64,000 bases of DNA from Longimicrobiales bacterium (GTDB lineage: Bacteria; Gemmatimonadota; Gemmatimonadetes; Longimicrobiales; Gaopeijiaceae), in the NCBI GenBank assembly GCA_965224125.1, contig OZ245038.1:2180374-2244373 (forward strand), written 5' to 3'. The position numbers were made by a program, and so were the translations under genes. The notes beneath the pieces are model-generated. The model saw only the letters and a list, made by a program, of their open reading frames with translations, searched no databases and had not been told where the DNA came from. This document shows, one piece after another, positions 18,627 to 28,146 of the stretch (position 1 is the first letter of the stretch; each line of letters begins with the position of its first letter).

Positions 18627-20897
18627 CTACCCCGCGATATCGAACAGCTTCGTGTACTTGATGATGAACTGTCTCGCCAGGGGACCCCGCTCGAGGCCGG
18701 TACGCTGGAGCGAGCCGTAGTGTTCGGTGTCGTTGAACACGATGAAGAGGCCTGTGCCAGCGGTATCGAGCCACCCGAACTGCACGTTGCTGCCGAAGTT
18801 CTCTGTGTCGTCGTTGTACTGCAGCGAGGCGCGCAGGTACACGTTGGGGCTGAAGGAGTACGTTCCCGACAACGCCGCCACCGACGTGGTGAACGATCCC
18901 TCTTCCAGGCGCACGTCGAAGTAATTGACGCGCAACGACGTGACCAGTCGGTCTTGAAATCGGAAGGTCAGCGTACCGGTGGGCGCGAACCGATGCCCTG
19001 AGTAGAAGCCGCCCAATCCCCATCCGCCCCTCAACGAGACGGGAGCACTCAGATCCGTGTTGGCCCGGAACTCCCAGTCGATGTTGTGATAGGTCCCCGC
19101 CGGGATCACGATGTTCTCCCGGATCGCGAACGGCTCCCTGAGTCCCTCGCCCGTGAAGTTGAAGCCGGGCAGTTGGAAGAATGCTCCGTTGGCGAACGCG
19201 AAGTGGTTGTCGATATGAATCAGGTAGGACTCGCTGAACCCATCCAGGGCCCAATACTGGTTCCATGAAACGTGAGGACGGAACTCGCGGAACCAGGACA
19301 CGTCGTCCACGCGGATGTGCCGTAGAATACGGGTGTTGAAGTGCCGGTACTCCCGACGGGACAGGAAGCCGACCTCGGGGTTGAACGAATCCCCGACCTG
19401 CCGGTAACCTGCTGAGACTTGCCAGTCCCGCGTCTCGTATCGACCACCACCATTGAAGGCGTACTCCCCGCCGGACACTCCCGGCGTATTGGTCGTGGCC
19501 ACCCAGCCGTCGAACGTGAGGGCGTCTCCGATCCCCAGGCGGCCATCCAGCCCGAACGTAAGGTTGCGGTCGGCCGTGTCGTCGGTGTTGATGCGCGATA
19601 CCACGATGCCGCCCAGCCTGGTGCGATTCGCGAACTCCTTGAAGACACGGCCCACCCCGTAGTTTTGAGGAGCCTCGGTGCGTACCACCGCCTGGGCGGT
19701 CTCATCGAAGGCGTCGAGGTGGCCTGCCTGAATGTTGAGGAATCCCACTTGGAGGCCCCCGGCCTTCCCCGAAATGCGGGCGCCTGCGCGAAGCGGCACC
19801 TCGCTCCCCGAGGCGAGCCCGATGCGGCGACTGAAGAACAGGTCCACCGAACGTGGAGAACCCACGGCGAAGGTCCCCGCATTCTCCAGGAAGAACGCGC
19901 GCTTCTCCGGGAAGAACAGGGGGAAGCGGGTGAGGTTGACCTGCTGGTCGTCGACCTCCGCCTGCGCGAAGTCAGTGTTGATCGTCAGGTCCATGGTGAG
20001 GCTTTGTGTCAGACCCAGCTTGGCGTCGGCTCCCACCACCGGATCGTAGTCCGTCGTGGCGGACGTGGTGAAGTCCCTGAATGCTTCTCCCAGCACATAG
20101 GGTGTGACCGTGGCGATCCGTCGTGCGGGCGCCCGCAGGCCCTCCAAGGTGCCTGCCAATGAAACTCGATAGAGGTTGAACTGCCTCGGGATGGGTGCCC
20201 AGACCGACTCCTCGTTGTTGCGGCGTATGTTACGCGCGAAGTTCAGTCCCCAGCTCTGCTCGCCGCTGGACGGGTAGCGCAGTGTCGAAAACGGAATACG
20301 AAACTCAGCATACCAGCCGTTGGCGTCCTGGCTGGTGGCGACTTCCCAACTGCCGTCCCAGTTCAGATTGAAGCCACCGCCCGATCCACGCTGTTGCCGA
20401 CCCCCACCACCGCCACCACCCTGGCCTTCATTGGCAATCTGTCCGTCGTACTCGATGCCCGCAGGCGTGGTCCCGAATACGAACCCGTTCTGTCGGTCCA
20501 GATAGGTGTCGAGCACGAACAAGAAGGCGTCACTGTTGTTGAGTGCCGCATCCCGGCGGGTCTCTCCCAAGACGATGCGGGCAGGGTTGCGGTCGAACAT
20601 CCAGCCACCGACGTAGAGCGCCTCGGCGTCGGCCAGGATCCGCACCTCCGTGCGTTCCGAAATGGGACGCCCCTCCATGGGTTCACGCTGCACGAAGTCT
20701 GAAAGGACCTGCGCCTCCATCCAGCTCGCTTCGTCTAGCCGCCCGTCGATCACGGGGGCCTCCGCGGTCTGGGTCACTGCAGCAACCGGGGGGTCCGAAC
20801 CACGGACTGGCGCGGCTTCCTGAGCCCGCAGCGGCAGTCCCGCGGAGAGACCGGACAGCAGGAGAACCGCCAGCGGTGGTGTGGTGCATAATCGCAA
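18627..20897 (-). CDS. DUF5916-family protein (CBM9-like N-terminal domain + beta-barrel-like C-terminal region). Paralog of 42612..44924
   Basis: Signal peptide. Motifs shared with the second copy: DGxLDEASW, FxQxEP, RTEVRI, NLTRFPLxFPE, RRIG. Gly-rich insert GGGGGGGRQQRGSGGG. Confidence 0.6.
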   Translation of the reverse strand: MRLCTTPPLAVLLLSGLSAGLPLRAQEAAPVRGSDPPVAAVTQTAEAPVIDGRLDEASWMEAQVLSDFVQREPMEGRPISERTEVRILADAEALYVGGWMFDRNPARIVLGETRRDAALNNSDAFLFVLDTYLDRQNGFVFGTTPAGIEYDGQIANEGQGGGGGGGRQQRGSGGGFNLNWDGSWEVATSQDANGWYAEFRIPFSTLRYPSSGEQSWGLNFARNIRRNNEESVWAPIPRQFNLYRVSLAGTLEGLRAPARRIATVTPYVLGEAFRDFTTSATTDYDPVVGADAKLGLTQSLTMDLTINTDFAQAEVDDQQVNLTRFPLFFPEKRAFFLENAGTFAVGSPRSVDLFFSRRIGLASGSEVPLRAGARISGKAGGLQVGFLNIQAGHLDAFDETAQAVVRTEAPQNYGVGRVFKEFANRTRLGGIVVSRINTDDTADRNLTFGLDGRLGIGDALTFDGWVATTNTPGVSGGEYAFNGGGRYETRDWQVSAGYRQVGDSFNPEVGFLSRREYRHFNTRILRHIRVDDVSWFREFRPHVSWNQYWALDGFSESYLIHIDNHFAFANGAFFQLPGFNFTGEGLREPFAIRENIVIPAGTYHNIDWEFRANTDLSAPVSLRGGWGLGGFYSGHRFAPTGTLTFRFQDRLVTSLRVNYFDVRLEEGSFTTSVAALSGTYSFSPNVYLRASLQYNDDTENFGSNVQFGWLDTAGTGLFIVFNDTEHYGSLQRTGLERGPLARQFIIKYTKLFDIAG

Positions 20898-21020
20898 GGA
20901 AAGCTCTCCAGCAAAGTCGGTACAAGCTTGAACGAATCAAGCGAAAGAATCCCATTTGAAATAGCTGAAGTGCGCGTGCATCGCTACCAGGATGTGGCGG
21001 TTTGCGGTTAGATTCGCGTC

Positions 21021-21854
21021 ATGACTCCGACGATCTCAGACCCGGTGGACAACCCTCGGAGCGACTGGAAGGATCAGCTCCACGAAGTCATCTTCGAAGC
21101 CGACACTCCGGCAGGAAAGGCGTTTGACGTCGTCCTGCTGGTCAGCATTGCTCTCAGCGTGCTCGCGGTGGTGTTGGAGAGTGTCCCGGAAATCGCCGAT
21201 CGCTATGGCCGTGAGTTGGTGGTCATCGAGTGGTTCTTCACCATTCTATTTACCGTCGAGTACGTCCTCCGCCTGCTCTGTGTGCGGCGGGTCCTGGGCT
21301 ACGCCACCAGCTTCTTCGGGATTGTAGATCTGCTCTCGGTGCTCCCCACGTACCTCAGCCTCTTCTTCCCTGGGGGCCGCGCGTTCAGTGTGGTGCGGGC
21401 GCTCCGACTCCTGAGGATCTTCCGGATCTTCAAGGTCGTTCGCTACGTCCGCGAGTTCGACACCCTGATCCTTGCTGTCCGGCGAACGCGTGAGAAGATC
21501 ACGGTATTCCTGTTTTCGATCCTGGCGATTGTGCTCATCATGGGCACCATCATGTACGTGATCGAGGGTCCCGCCCACGGGTTCGATAGCATCCCCCACG
21601 CGGTCTACTGGGCCATCGTCACCGTGACCACCGTGGGATACGGCGACCTCGCACCCGAGACCTCCCTTGGCAGAGCCGTTGCGGCCTTCGCGATGGTCCT
21701 CGGCTACGCGCTGATCATCATTCCGACAGGGATCTTCTCGGCAGAGCTGGTGCAGTCGGGGATGCCGCTGTCTTCGAAGTCCTGTAGGGTCTGCGCGCGC
21801 GAAGGGCACGATGAGAATGCGGCGTTCTGCAAGTACTGCGGCTCGGACCTCTAA
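21021..21854 (+). CDS. Voltage-gated potassium channel (6TM, Kv-like) with C-terminal zinc-ribbon
   Basis: S4 voltage sensor RALRLLRIFRIFKVVRYVREF. K+ selectivity filter TVGYGD. C-terminal CRVC...CKYC zinc ribbon. Confidence 0.8.
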   Translation: MTPTISDPVDNPRSDWKDQLHEVIFEADTPAGKAFDVVLLVSIALSVLAVVLESVPEIADRYGRELVVIEWFFTILFTVEYVLRLLCVRRVLGYATSFFGIVDLLSVLPTYLSLFFPGGRAFSVVRALRLLRIFRIFKVVRYVREFDTLILAVRRTREKITVFLFSILAIVLIMGTIMYVIEGPAHGFDSIPHAVYWAIVTVTTVGYGDLAPETSLGRAVAAFAMVLGYALIIIPTGIFSAELVQSGMPLSSKSCRVCAREGHDENAAFCKYCGSDL

Positions 21855-22609
21855 CGCCGGACTTCAGGCGGGCCTCCCGCGCGAAGGTAATCCGCAAAGA
21901 AGTCAGGTAGGGCGCTCCTGAGGATTCCCTCACAAGCCGCCTCCAGGTTGTACTCGACCCGCACGAACTCGACCTCAGGTGACGTGTCACCCACCTCCAG
22001 CATGACATAGCCGGCCCGCCAATCTCCGTCCTTGGGTCGCCCCACCGATCCCGTATTCAGGTAATGGACGCCTTCCACCTCCCTGACCCAAGCGATATGG
22101 GTGTGACCACAGGCCACGATGTCTCCAGCCCGCGCCCCGGCCTTCCGTCCCATCGTGCGACAGAAGTCGTCCGATCGGTCCGCGTGCCAATAGAGGGTGT
22201 TCAGGGTGGGCGTGCCGTGGACAAGGATGAGGGTGGGCCCCGCTGCGTGACCCCCTCCTGGCTTCACATCGAGGCGGAAGGGAAGGGCACCCAGGATTGC
22301 CCGGCTGCGGGGGTTGGTGTGCTCGAGTGTCCACTCGAAGCTCAGGTGGGACAACTCCGCCTGATGGGGGTCTTCATACTTGCAGCCACAGTGATCATAC
22401 CGGGTGGCTACCGTGGAATCGTAGTTCCCGGATACCCCGCGGATGCCTTCCCGCTGGACGGTCTCGACGGTCTCGTTGGGGAACGCTGCGTAGCCGACCA
22501 GGTCGCCGAGGTGATAGACCGCGTCCACACTGCGGCTCCGAATGTCCGCCAAAACCGCGTCCAACGCGTGCAGGTTGGCGTGCACATCTGAGAACAGAGC
22601 GATTCGCAT
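21851..22609 (-). CDS. Metallophosphoesterase (calcineurin-like, YfcE/MJ0936 type)
   Basis: Motifs DVHAN, GDLVGY, GNYD, GHTH. Confidence 0.8.
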   Translation of the reverse strand: MRIALFSDVHANLHALDAVLADIRSRSVDAVYHLGDLVGYAAFPNETVETVQREGIRGVSGNYDSTVATRYDHCGCKYEDPHQAELSHLSFEWTLEHTNPRSRAILGALPFRLDVKPGGGHAAGPTLILVHGTPTLNTLYWHADRSDDFCRTMGRKAGARAGDIVACGHTHIAWVREVEGVHYLNTGSVGRPKDGDWRAGYVMLEVGDTSPEVEFVRVEYNLEAACEGILRSALPDFFADYLRAGGPPEVRR

Positions 22610-22728
22610 GCGCCGATATACCGAGTCCCGGTGTTTGCCTCAAGGGCAGAAAGAATCCGGGGTGCCTCCGCGTACCAACCTAGCAGGTGACCTCGTGAGG
22701 GTTCGTCAGGTAGCCCAAAAGGATTGAT

Positions 22729-23364
22729 ATGCCCAGCTCAAGAGCTCCATCTCTCTTCGTCGTGGCCGCTCTCGCAACCGGCTCGTTGACGATCGCTGGC
22801 GCCTGCACAACCGAGCCGGGGCAGGAGTCGGACACGGCGTTGATGGCAGAGGCGTCCTCCACGACCCCGACCGCTTCCTCATCTGAGGCGTTGGACGAGT
22901 GGAAGACTAGTCTCGCGCGCGAAACGAACGTGGTTTGGATCACATCCAACGAGGACTACATGGAAGAGGACGGAGGGACCGAGGCCTATGGGATGGAGCT
23001 GCGGTTGCTTCCCGACGGGATGACCGCGAGCGGTTGTATGTGGGGTGAGTCGCAGGCCGGCGGCGAACAGGTGTTCTGGAGGTTCTTCCAGGGGTGGGAC
23101 CCGGCACGTGGCGCTGGATTCATCTACCAGTCGCACCCCCAGGGGCTCGTTGCGTTCGGGTACCTTGAAGACCGCGGCCCCTACGAGCCTGAGCTGACGC
23201 AGCACCTGATGTCGCCCGACGGAACGATCACGCGGAACGGACACTTCGAGACGTGGGACGGCGAGCGGCGGGTGTCGAGGAGTGTGAACTGGATCGATGG
23301 TGCGTGGGCACCAGGGCGGAGCTACACCTGGGATGCGGATTCCAACCGGGTCAGCCCGTGCTAG
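22729..23364 (+). CDS. Hypothetical lipoprotein
   Basis: Signal peptide with lipobox IAGACTT. No recognised domain. Confidence 0.4.
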   Translation: MPSSRAPSLFVVAALATGSLTIAGACTTEPGQESDTALMAEASSTTPTASSSEALDEWKTSLARETNVVWITSNEDYMEEDGGTEAYGMELRLLPDGMTASGCMWGESQAGGEQVFWRFFQGWDPARGAGFIYQSHPQGLVAFGYLEDRGPYEPELTQHLMSPDGTITRNGHFETWDGERRVSRSVNWIDGAWAPGRSYTWDADSNRVSPC

Positions 23365-23421
23365 GGCTGCGGCCTCTTCACAACCGGTGAGGACCGCGGA
23401 CCACGCAACGATTTGCCCGCG

Positions 23422-24756
23422 TCAGTCATCGTCGAGCGCATCCCAAGCGTCGCCCTCGATCGACCAGGGGATGTCGGCGTCACGTCGATAGCGGGGGGTG
23501 ACGTCTTGGGTGAGCGGACGTGGCGGTAACGTCCGGATCGATGTCGGAGCTGCGTCGGTCAACGCTCTTCCCTTAGGTGTGAGGAACACGACCTTTTGGA
23601 GTCGGTCCATGCACACGCGCATCCCGCCTTCATGAACCGCCCGGTGGTGCCGCCGGCACAGCAGTACGAGGTTGCGCAGCGAGGTCTCGCCGCCGTCCGC
23701 CCAGTGCTGGATGTGGTGCGCGTCTGTGAAGCGGAGCCCGCAGCCGGGGTAGCGGCAGCCTCGGTCTCGGACTTCGAGTGCTCGCCGAAGTGCTGGTGGC
23801 ACAGTGCGCGTGCGGCGACCGGCGCCCAAGACGTGACCGCGGTCATCGACCGTGACCTGCACCACACCCGTGTCGCATGCGATGCGTCTGGATGTTACCG
23901 CGGAAACGCGGGTGCCGTCCTCCAGCTCGGACATCCCCGGCTCTCCGGTCTCGCTCAACGTCTCGGCATCGACGTGGAGCATGACCTGTGTGCGCTCAGC
24001 CCTCGAGCCACTGATCGGAGCGCCTTCGCCGAACCCGGCTGCCAACGCCCGCTCCGCCATCAGCGCGAGTGCATCCGCCCGACGCTGCTGGGCCTCGCGC
24101 TCGTCGGTCTCGACTTCCTTGCGGTAGAGCGCGTCCGAGGCCGCTTCGATGGCCCGCATCAGCACCGCGCCGGCTTCCGGGTCGAGCCGTCCTTTCAGCA
24201 CCACCATGCCGTCGTCTGCCACGAACGCGCTGAATGTCCTGCTGCGGAACCTGAGCTGTTCCGCGGTCACCTCTGCACGACGGTCGAGCTGCTTCCATCC
24301 CTTCACGAGGCGCTGGAGGTTGGCGGCCGACCCGGCCCGCGCAAACGTCAGGAGCTGTTCTTCGTTCTCCGGCTTGGCCACGCGAGTGAGGGTGCGGACT
24401 TTGGTGAACGACAACGCGCCGTCGCGCATGGCGGCCGCCGTCTTGGGAAGGTGCTGCAACGCTCGCGCAGTCCGCACTCGTTCGCGGGCCGCGTTGGCTT
24501 CGATGCCCGTCCGCCAGGTCAGCCAGTCTGCGGTGGTGGTGAACCCCATATCCTCGTAGCCCTTCCGGGCGTCGAACTCGGCGAGCAGCACCAGCCCCTC
24601 ATACTTCAACACGTCCGCCTGTCGGAACGCCTCGGCGCAGCGTTCACCGAGTGAGAAGACATCCTCGTTGGGGGTGGCGGAGTCGTTGGGAACGACGGCG
24701 TTGGGGGACGGAAGGTTCGGCATGGGAGCCTCGGGGATAGAGGGGGCACACATCAT
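23422..24756 (-). CDS. HNH endonuclease with DUF222 N-terminal domain (13E12-repeat-family type)
   Basis: C-terminal HNH motif CRYPGCGLRFTDAHHIQHWADGGETSLRNLVLLCRRHHRAVHEGG. N-terminal DUF222-like region, as in actinobacterial REP13E12 proteins. Confidence 0.75.
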   Translation of the reverse strand: MMCAPSIPEAPMPNLPSPNAVVPNDSATPNEDVFSLGERCAEAFRQADVLKYEGLVLLAEFDARKGYEDMGFTTTADWLTWRTGIEANAARERVRTARALQHLPKTAAAMRDGALSFTKVRTLTRVAKPENEEQLLTFARAGSAANLQRLVKGWKQLDRRAEVTAEQLRFRSRTFSAFVADDGMVVLKGRLDPEAGAVLMRAIEAASDALYRKEVETDEREAQQRRADALALMAERALAAGFGEGAPISGSRAERTQVMLHVDAETLSETGEPGMSELEDGTRVSAVTSRRIACDTGVVQVTVDDRGHVLGAGRRTRTVPPALRRALEVRDRGCRYPGCGLRFTDAHHIQHWADGGETSLRNLVLLCRRHHRAVHEGGMRVCMDRLQKVVFLTPKGRALTDAAPTSIRTLPPRPLTQDVTPRYRRDADIPWSIEGDAWDALDDD

Positions 24757-25065
24757 CTATCCTTAAATATATGAGGCACTTACGGTGATCCACGTGCGTC
24801 CGTGTAAAGCCCGACGAGGCCCCGTTAGGTCAAATGACTCGGCTCGCTTCGCCCAGGCGCCGCACGGAGGCCGCCACAACCGTCCTGAGGCGCCGGAGCG
24901 GCACCTCTCGGACCACGCCCATCGCGACGCCCGAAATCCGTCCATTGCTTGATGGGACGACGATGTGGGGGTTTCGCGACTTGGAGCTTCACACGGTACG
25001 AGGCGGGCATGTGACAGGCCGGACCGGAGACACGCTCGATGTTCAGCGCATCGCCGTGTACCGCA

Positions 25066-28000
25066 TCACGAATCGGGCCCCGCAACAACTCCCCCCATCC
25101 GCTCCTCCACCCACCGGTACACCGTAGGCAGCACGAACAGCGTCAGGACCGTCGCCGTAAGCAGTCCGCCGATCACCACAGTGGCCAACGGCCGCTGTAG
25201 CTCCGCACCGGGGCTGGTGGACAGCGCCATGGGCACGAATCCGAGGCTCGCGGCGAGCGCCGTCATGAGTACGGGCCGTAGTCGAGTGGCCGCGCCATCC
25301 AACACCGCCTGTTCCAGAGGTAGACCCCGCGCTCCGAGCTGGTTCATGTAACTCACCATCACCACGCCGTTCAGCACCGCGATGCCAAACACCGCGATGA
25401 AGCCGATCAGCGCCGAGGTGCTCAGGTTGAGGCCGGTCAGCCAGAGTGCGGCGATTCCTCCCACCACTGCGAACGGCACGTTGAACATGATGAGCACCGC
25501 GTGGCGGATGGTGCCGAACGTTGAGAACAGCAACAGGTAAATGGCGACGATCGCGACCGGTACCAACAGCGCCAACCGCCGCATCGCGCTCTGCTGATGC
25601 TGGTACTGTCCGCCCCACTCCAAACGGTACCCTGTCGGTAGCGGCACGCTGGCTTCCAGGAGCGCCGAAGCATCCTCGACGAAGCTTCCCACGTCCCGCC
25701 CGCGGATATTGGCTCCGACCACCACCATGCGTTGACCGCCCTCGTGCGCGAAGGCCTCCGGACTCTCCTCCACTACCAGGTCGGCCACTGACCCCAGAGT
25801 GACCAGTCCGCTGGGTCCGTTGGCCACCGGAAGCTGGGCCATGAGTGCTGGGTCCACGGTGTTGCCGCCCGGAATACGCACCACCACTCCGATGCGTCGA
25901 GGTCCGTCCACGATATGGGTGGCCACGGACGATCCCAATGCCATCTCCACCTGGTGCCCAACGTCGTCGGTGCCGAGCCCGTAACGGGAAAGCGCGGTAC
26001 GATCAACTTCAACGCGCAGCTCCTTGACGCGAGCCGCCGCGGTGACCTTCACGTCTGCGGCCCCGGGTACCGTCGCCACCTCGCGCTCGATGCGGGTGGC
26101 CAGTCCGGCGAGCACATCGGCGTCCTCGCCGAAGATCTTCACCCCCACGTCCGTGGTAATCCCCGTCTCGGCCTCGTCAAGACGCATTTGGATGGGCTGG
26201 GTGAACGCATACTCTAGGCCTGGCACGTCCTGCAGGGCGCTGTCCATAGCGCTCAGCAATGCGGCTTTACCACCCGGTCTCCAGGTACTCCTGTCCCCGA
26301 ACGTCACGTAGGTGTCGGACTCGTAGGTCCCCATGGCTTCGGTGGCCAGGTCGGGGCGGCCCAACTTGGAGACGGCGGCTTCCACTTCGGGCATTCCCGT
26401 GAGCGCGCGTTCCAAGGCCGTCGAAAATCGTGTGCCCTGCTCGAGCGATGTGGACGGCAGTCGTAGGCCCTGCACGAGCACGCTCCCTTCGTCCAAGCGG
26501 GGCATAAACTCCGTTCCCAACCGGGTGGCGCTCAACAGCGCGACAACAAAGAGGGCCCCCGCGAACCCAGCGATCAGGGTAGGGTGGGCGAGCGTGCGCT
26601 CCAGGGTGGCGCGGTATCGATCACGCAGCCGGTCGAAGCCCGGTGTGTGGACTTCCTTCGCGTGCTTCAGCACCCAGGTGGCTGCTGCAGGCACGAACGT
26701 TAGCGCCAGCACGAGAGACCCCAGGATGGCCGATACGACAGTAAACGCCATCGGCCGAAACATCTTACCCTCGGTGCCCTGCAGGGCCAGAATCGGGATG
26801 TAGACCGCGATGATGATGCCGATGCCGTAAAGCACCGGGCGGGCCACTTCCATGACGGCCGCCCGGATCCGCTCCTCTGGACGGTCGTCGGGCTCGTCAG
26901 CAGCTTTACGCATCACGTTCTCGACCACGACCACGGATGCGTCGACCAACAGTCCGAAGTCTAGCGCTCCCAGGCTCATCAGGTTGGCAGAGTATCCGAA
27001 GACGCGCATGGAGATGAACGCCCACAGCATCGAAAGTGGAATGACCAGTGCCACCAGTACCGATGCGGCGATGTTGCGGAGGAATCCCCACAGCAGAATC
27101 ACCACCATGGTGCCACCCAACAGCAGGTTCTTTTCGATGGTGTAGGTGGTTTGCTCGACCAGCTCGCCCTGATCGTAGAACTCCACCAGGCGGACGCCGG
27201 CGGGTAAGGTGGGCACCAGCTCTGCGACACGCTCCTCGACTCGCTCCAGCACGCGCAGCGCGTTCGCGCCCTTGCGCATGATCACCATGCCGGCGACTAC
27301 TTCGCCTTCGCCGTCGATGGTGACCGCTCCCTGGCGGGGAAGCGCACCCCGGGTCACGGTGGCGATGTCGTGGATGTGGATGGGCACCCCGTCCCTGGTG
27401 GCCAGGGCCACGTCCTCCAGATCCTTGAGCCCGCCTAGCCTCCCCAGGCCTCGCACGATGAAGCGTTCGCCGCGGGCTTCGGTGTAGGTGCCGCCGAAGT
27501 TGCGGTTGTTCGCCGCCAGCGCCTCCTCGACGTCGCCCAGCGTCAGCCCTGCTTGTATGAGGCGGCCCGGCTCCACGACGACGTGGTACTGTTCGGTCAG
27601 TCCGCCCCAGGAGTTGACCTCGGCCACACCGGCCACCGTGCGCAACTGAGGCGCCAGCGAGTAGTCCTGCAGGGTTTTGAGGTCGAGTGCGGACACTTCT
27701 GGGTTGTCGGACGTAAGGACGTACTGGTAGACCTCCCCCATGGCGGTCGCGACCGGTCCCATGGTGACGCTCGCCCCCTCCGGAAGGTCGTTCCCCAGGT
27801 CGGTCAGGCGCTCAGCCACCACCTGGCGGGCGAAGTAGGCGTCCACACCGTCATCGAACACCACCTGCGTCATCGACAGTCCGAACTTGGTGGTCGAGCG
27901 GACCGAGACCGTGTTGGGCAGCCCCAGCAGTGAACGCTCGATCGGGTAGGTTACGAGCTGTTCGACGTCCTGGGGTGCCATCCCCGGCGCATCGGCGATC

Positions 28001-28146
28001 ACCGACACGGAATTGGCGGTCAGGTCGGGGAAGGCTTCGAACGGGAGCGTGAAGAACGCGTAAGCACCGACAGCGACCAACGTCAGGACGCCCCCAGCGA
28101 TGTAGAGCGGCTGTCGGAGGGAGAGCTCGATCAGCCTCCGAATCAT
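25066..28146 (-). CDS. CusA/CzcA-family heavy-metal efflux RND permease
   Basis: 1026 aa. 12-TM RND topology with two large periplasmic loops. Conserved HME-RND N-terminus MIRRLIELSLRQPLYIAGGVLTLVAVGAYAFFTLPFEAFPD. Confidence 0.9.
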   Translation of the reverse strand: MIRRLIELSLRQPLYIAGGVLTLVAVGAYAFFTLPFEAFPDLTANSVSVIADAPGMAPQDVEQLVTYPIERSLLGLPNTVSVRSTTKFGLSMTQVVFDDGVDAYFARQVVAERLTDLGNDLPEGASVTMGPVATAMGEVYQYVLTSDNPEVSALDLKTLQDYSLAPQLRTVAGVAEVNSWGGLTEQYHVVVEPGRLIQAGLTLGDVEEALAANNRNFGGTYTEARGERFIVRGLGRLGGLKDLEDVALATRDGVPIHIHDIATVTRGALPRQGAVTIDGEGEVVAGMVIMRKGANALRVLERVEERVAELVPTLPAGVRLVEFYDQGELVEQTTYTIEKNLLLGGTMVVILLWGFLRNIAASVLVALVIPLSMLWAFISMRVFGYSANLMSLGALDFGLLVDASVVVVENVMRKAADEPDDRPEERIRAAVMEVARPVLYGIGIIIAVYIPILALQGTEGKMFRPMAFTVVSAILGSLVLALTFVPAAATWVLKHAKEVHTPGFDRLRDRYRATLERTLAHPTLIAGFAGALFVVALLSATRLGTEFMPRLDEGSVLVQGLRLPSTSLEQGTRFSTALERALTGMPEVEAAVSKLGRPDLATEAMGTYESDTYVTFGDRSTWRPGGKAALLSAMDSALQDVPGLEYAFTQPIQMRLDEAETGITTDVGVKIFGEDADVLAGLATRIEREVATVPGAADVKVTAAARVKELRVEVDRTALSRYGLGTDDVGHQVEMALGSSVATHIVDGPRRIGVVVRIPGGNTVDPALMAQLPVANGPSGLVTLGSVADLVVEESPEAFAHEGGQRMVVVGANIRGRDVGSFVEDASALLEASVPLPTGYRLEWGGQYQHQQSAMRRLALLVPVAIVAIYLLLFSTFGTIRHAVLIMFNVPFAVVGGIAALWLTGLNLSTSALIGFIAVFGIAVLNGVVMVSYMNQLGARGLPLEQAVLDGAATRLRPVLMTALAASLGFVPMALSTSPGAELQRPLATVVIGGLLTATVLTLFVLPTVYRWVEERMGGVVAGPDS

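Noticed and set aside
19419-20162. 247-aa + ORF antisense to the DUF5916 gene (and 19220..19882 alternative frame)
   Set aside because: Overlaps a well-supported long gene. Composition typical of spurious GC-rich frames.
23596-24654. 352-aa + ORF opposite the HNH endonuclease gene
   Set aside because: Antisense shadow. The minus-strand frame carries the DUF222 and HNH motifs.
25043-25618. Alternative-frame and antisense ORFs within the czcA-like gene (e.g. 25915..26217, 27553..27933)
   Set aside because: Fully embedded in a 1026-aa RND permease with canonical features.
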